DNA from: Botryllus schlosseri
Taxonomy: Eukaryota
Direction: 5' to 3'
DNA length: 64,000 nucleotides
Assembly: GCA_051294905.1 (NCBI GenBank)
Contig: CM119384.1
Coordinates: forward strand, 9,920,001 to 9,984,000
The notes beneath the pieces are model-generated. The model saw only the letters and a list, made by a program, of their open reading frames with translations. It had not been told where the DNA came from and made no database searches. Below are positions 61,206-64,000 of the stretch, one piece after another (positions within the stretch are counted from its first letter, which is position 1; each line of letters starts with the position of its first letter). The position numbers and the translations under genes are program-made.

Positions 61206-61311
61206 ATGATCTGGAATTTCGTTCACGTATTAGCGGTTGTAGTGTATCTCCCATTAGAAGTGAATACGCAGTGTAGCGGATACACCTATGAATTGGAATC
61301 CACCGCAATAG
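61206..61311 (+). CDS. GH31 exon 1, signal-peptide-like
   Basis: MIWNFVHVLAVVVYLPLEVNTQCSG...AI G|gtaagt; link to the downstream exons by phase only. Confidence 0.6.
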
Positions 61312-63806
61312 GTAAGTGCCACTTCAGCTACTGAGTGTAGGTAGGCGAGAGGTTGATTGATCTTACCCGCAGACTGACACAATATACGATTATTTTAGCG
61401 GTAGATGTATCAGTACAGTAGTGCGCAGTTTATTTGAACCGTTACAAAGTCGCATTGAATCATGTGGAAAGCACTTCAGATCAAAAACTCACTCTTTCGG
61501 TCCTTAATTTGTTCGTGCAGCGGTTTAGGTAACATGTACTGTAGTCCTTTTTTGAGAAATTTACTGGACACGCGAGAAAGTATTTATTTTTCATCCAACG
61601 GAAATAGGCCTACATGACGAACAGACAGCATCAAAAATGATGCAGAAGAAAACCGCATACACAGTATTCCGTATCGGATAGGAGTGATCGATACACAGTA
61701 GGCCTAACACCCACATTAAACAAGTGTGTCGGTGCTGGATAAAACTGAATGATTTCAGACAACAACATTTTACGATGCGCTGCTGTCATGCGGATTTGAA
61801 TTGTTTAATTAGTACTACAAGTAAATTAGGATGATCGGATTTATTAGTATAGGGGTGGGATGTAAGCGGAGTCGAATACAGTGAAACGGCTTCTAGTTGA
61901 TGTCGAGGAAACTGTCAAGATTCGTAGACCTCTCGCCAGGAGTTCAGTCAAGTGAACAAAATAAAATCACAACTTACTCTATTGCGACACCAGCGGTCTT
62001 TGCATCCTTGCACCAAGAGAATGCTTCAGAAGAGAATCCCATTGAAAGACAGTCAGTTTCTACTACTCGCGTGTATTTTGAGATTACCGAAACGATATTT
62101 GACATATCTACTTTACTGTAACGCGCCTCTTCGTCGATTCCTCATTTCTTTTTATAATTCTGTTGGCTATTTATGATTGAGTGTGTAAGGTGCCCTGCCC
62201 ACCTCTCGTTATAATAAGCTTTTTCAATTGTGTGCAAATACAACTTATTTGTATACCAAAGGACCGAGATGGGAGATTGATTGATTTCACCAAGTCGTTT
62301 CGACTTCTTTTTTTCTTTTCGTTGCATTACCATTCTTGTCGTATCTTGAATCGATTAAAATGATGTTGATAATGATACTGCGAACTCAAGGTTTGCACCA
62401 CCGAAGAACGATTTATAGAAAAGCTGATGTTACGTTTCAGAAATTCGCGTGGGAAAAGTCACGATTTTCCGTCACTCACATGAGTTGACATCATTGGAAG
62501 TTGGAATCGGCACGTCGTCATTCCAATTCGACCACGGAAACTTTCACGTCAGCGAAGCTGTTCAAAGGAGAACAAATTTGAAGTATTTCGAACTGGTCCT
62601 GCCTACGGACGCCGAAGCGATTCAAGACAGAAGCGGGGAAAGCAGCGAGCTTAACGTACTCTTTTTCGAAAATAAACATGATAAAATACCAACGGTGAGT
62701 TTACAGGGTGTGGAATGTGGTTGTGGCTGTTGTTTGGTTTTCATGATGGTTCGGCGTCCTTGGCGATTTTACACCAATATGATACTCTTATTTCGGGTGC
62801 CTGATCTGTCGACTTATAGTATATAATAGCAGGCCTATATATTCATACAAAGTAGCTGCTCCCACATAATATAAAGCACTCAGTGCGTACGTATAAATTA
62901 TGCTTGCATTGAAAAAAAATTTAAAACATGTTTTATATATATACAGATATATTTTTGTTTTCAAGCCAGGACGTCACGGATATTCAATTGTGACGTCATA
63001 GTATATTGACATTGAGAATTAAAAATATAGGGTAAGCTCTTTTGGCGAAATAGGCTTCTAACCCCTGTCCTATACGGGCCGAAGATATTCTTAACCAGGA
63101 CTACATCGTCATGTAGCATTTTTACGGTCGGCGGTCATTATCATCATCATCATCATCATCAGACCATTCATTCTGTACCAATTACATATATCTACGTACT
63201 ATAGCTGTTGAGCCGACTATTTCGAGGATTCCAACCATTCCATATAGTATACGTCGGCTATATCGGGTGTAAATCGACCGTAGGACCATGCTACAGGTTT
63301 TTGGTATGTAATTACAAAATTATGCCATAACTATGCAACTAAAAAGACGCAATTTTCTGTTTAAAATCGTTGTAATCTATCACCTCTCGTTGAGCTCGTC
63401 TTGGGCAGCAATGCAGTAATTTAACCCATTTATAGTCACCCATTTGTTCTAAATGCATCCCTAGGTATAACACGTGATCTAACAACTAGATTTTTCGACG
63501 CAGGCAATAGTAGCGTTCAAATGCGGGATTTATGGGAACAGTCGTATTCACGTGCGAGTACCAGATCACGATGGCAAGCTTCGTTATAACAGACTGTGGT
63601 TGAAATTGCCCGGTTCGGCCGACGAGTTTCTTTATGGCGGTAAAGTGATTAGACTCGGCTCGAATTCTTAATAATCAATCGTCTGCAACAAATATATGCA
63701 GGAGGGGAGCAATACTCGCATTTTAATCTGAAAGGACATGCTTTTCCGATGTGGAGCAGAGAACAAGGGGTTGGGAGGCATCCTACCGTAGTCCGATATC
63801 TGGCAG
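61206..63806 (+). CDS. yihQ: GH31 glycoside hydrolase, YihQ/sulfoquinovosidase-like, spliced, 3' part outside window
   Basis: Exons 61206-61311, 62441-62694, 63504-63639, 63702-63806 join in phase. HS..G.G..GNF and NRLWLKL..YGGGEQYSHFNLKG..FPMWSREQGVGR match the recalled YihQ N-terminal region. Confidence 0.85.
62441..62694 (+). CDS. GH31 exon, N-terminal domain
   Basis: gtttcag|...ACG|gtgagt; IFRHSHELTSLEVGIGTSSFQFDHGNFHV. Confidence 0.85.
62900..63463. mobile_element. Long-form TAGGGTTGCA MITE, diverged
   Basis: Ends AAATGCATCCCTA; (CAT)n block; colinear with 37448-38000. Confidence 0.75.
63504..63639 (+). CDS. GH31 exon
   Basis: acgcag|GCA...GGC G|gtaaag; ...RYNRLWLKLPGSADEFLYG. Confidence 0.88.
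63702..63806 (+). CDS. GH31 exon
   Basis: atgcag|GA...GCA G|gtaggt; GEQYSHFNLKGHAFPMWSREQGVGR. Confidence 0.9.
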
Positions 63807-64000
63807 GTAGGTACGTAGGCTACTCATTATCGCATATGGTTATGTCGTAGCAATCTATCACCTCTCGTTGAGCTCGTCTTGGGCAGCAATGCAGTAATTT
63901 AACCCATTTATAGACAAATGTCTTTTGATACTATATGATTACCGTGGTATACCAGGCCGATAAAGTGATGAGCACAACATTGTTTCATTTTCGAAAAGTA

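Larger units (their letters stand above)
63374..63913 (+). repeat. Identical 62-bp direct repeat (63374-63435 and 63852-63913)
   Basis: aatctatcacctctcgttgagctc...aacccatttatag occurs twice. Confidence 0.9.

Noticed and set aside
61928-62121. Ser/Thr-rich ORF as a constitutive GH31 exon
   Set aside because: Exon 1 splices in phase directly to 62441 without it, and there is no good phase-1 donor; kept only as an optional possibility
61206-63806. Bacterial contamination as the source of the YihQ-like sequence
   Set aside because: Coding sequence is split by GT-AG introns, one containing a host MITE

Overview
Repeat-rich animal genomic DNA; the 60-63 nt minimal introns and marine-invertebrate TE types suggest a tunicate or similar (inference). 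Three spliced genes could be rebuilt by hand with consistent exon phases. (1) A divergent TRPC-like channel on the minus strand, 14 coding exons from ~31.3 kb down to 437, continuing past the window start. (2) A complete 15-exon, 704-aa SCUBE gene on the plus strand (45975-59483) with only 3 EGF modules. (3) The 5' part of an intron-containing, signal-peptide-bearing GH31 gene (61206 onward) closely resembling bacterial YihQ sulfoquinovosidase, which the ORF track does not identify. Introns and the intergenic region hold hAT MITEs of two target-site classes, a Chapaev3 relic, a TTAA-flanked element with palindromic tandem arrays, SINEs, LINE/R4/Penelope relics with minimal hammerhead-ribozyme motifs, and a young 1.35-kb mini LTR element with one intact orphan ORF. 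All homology calls are from recalled motifs, not database searches.
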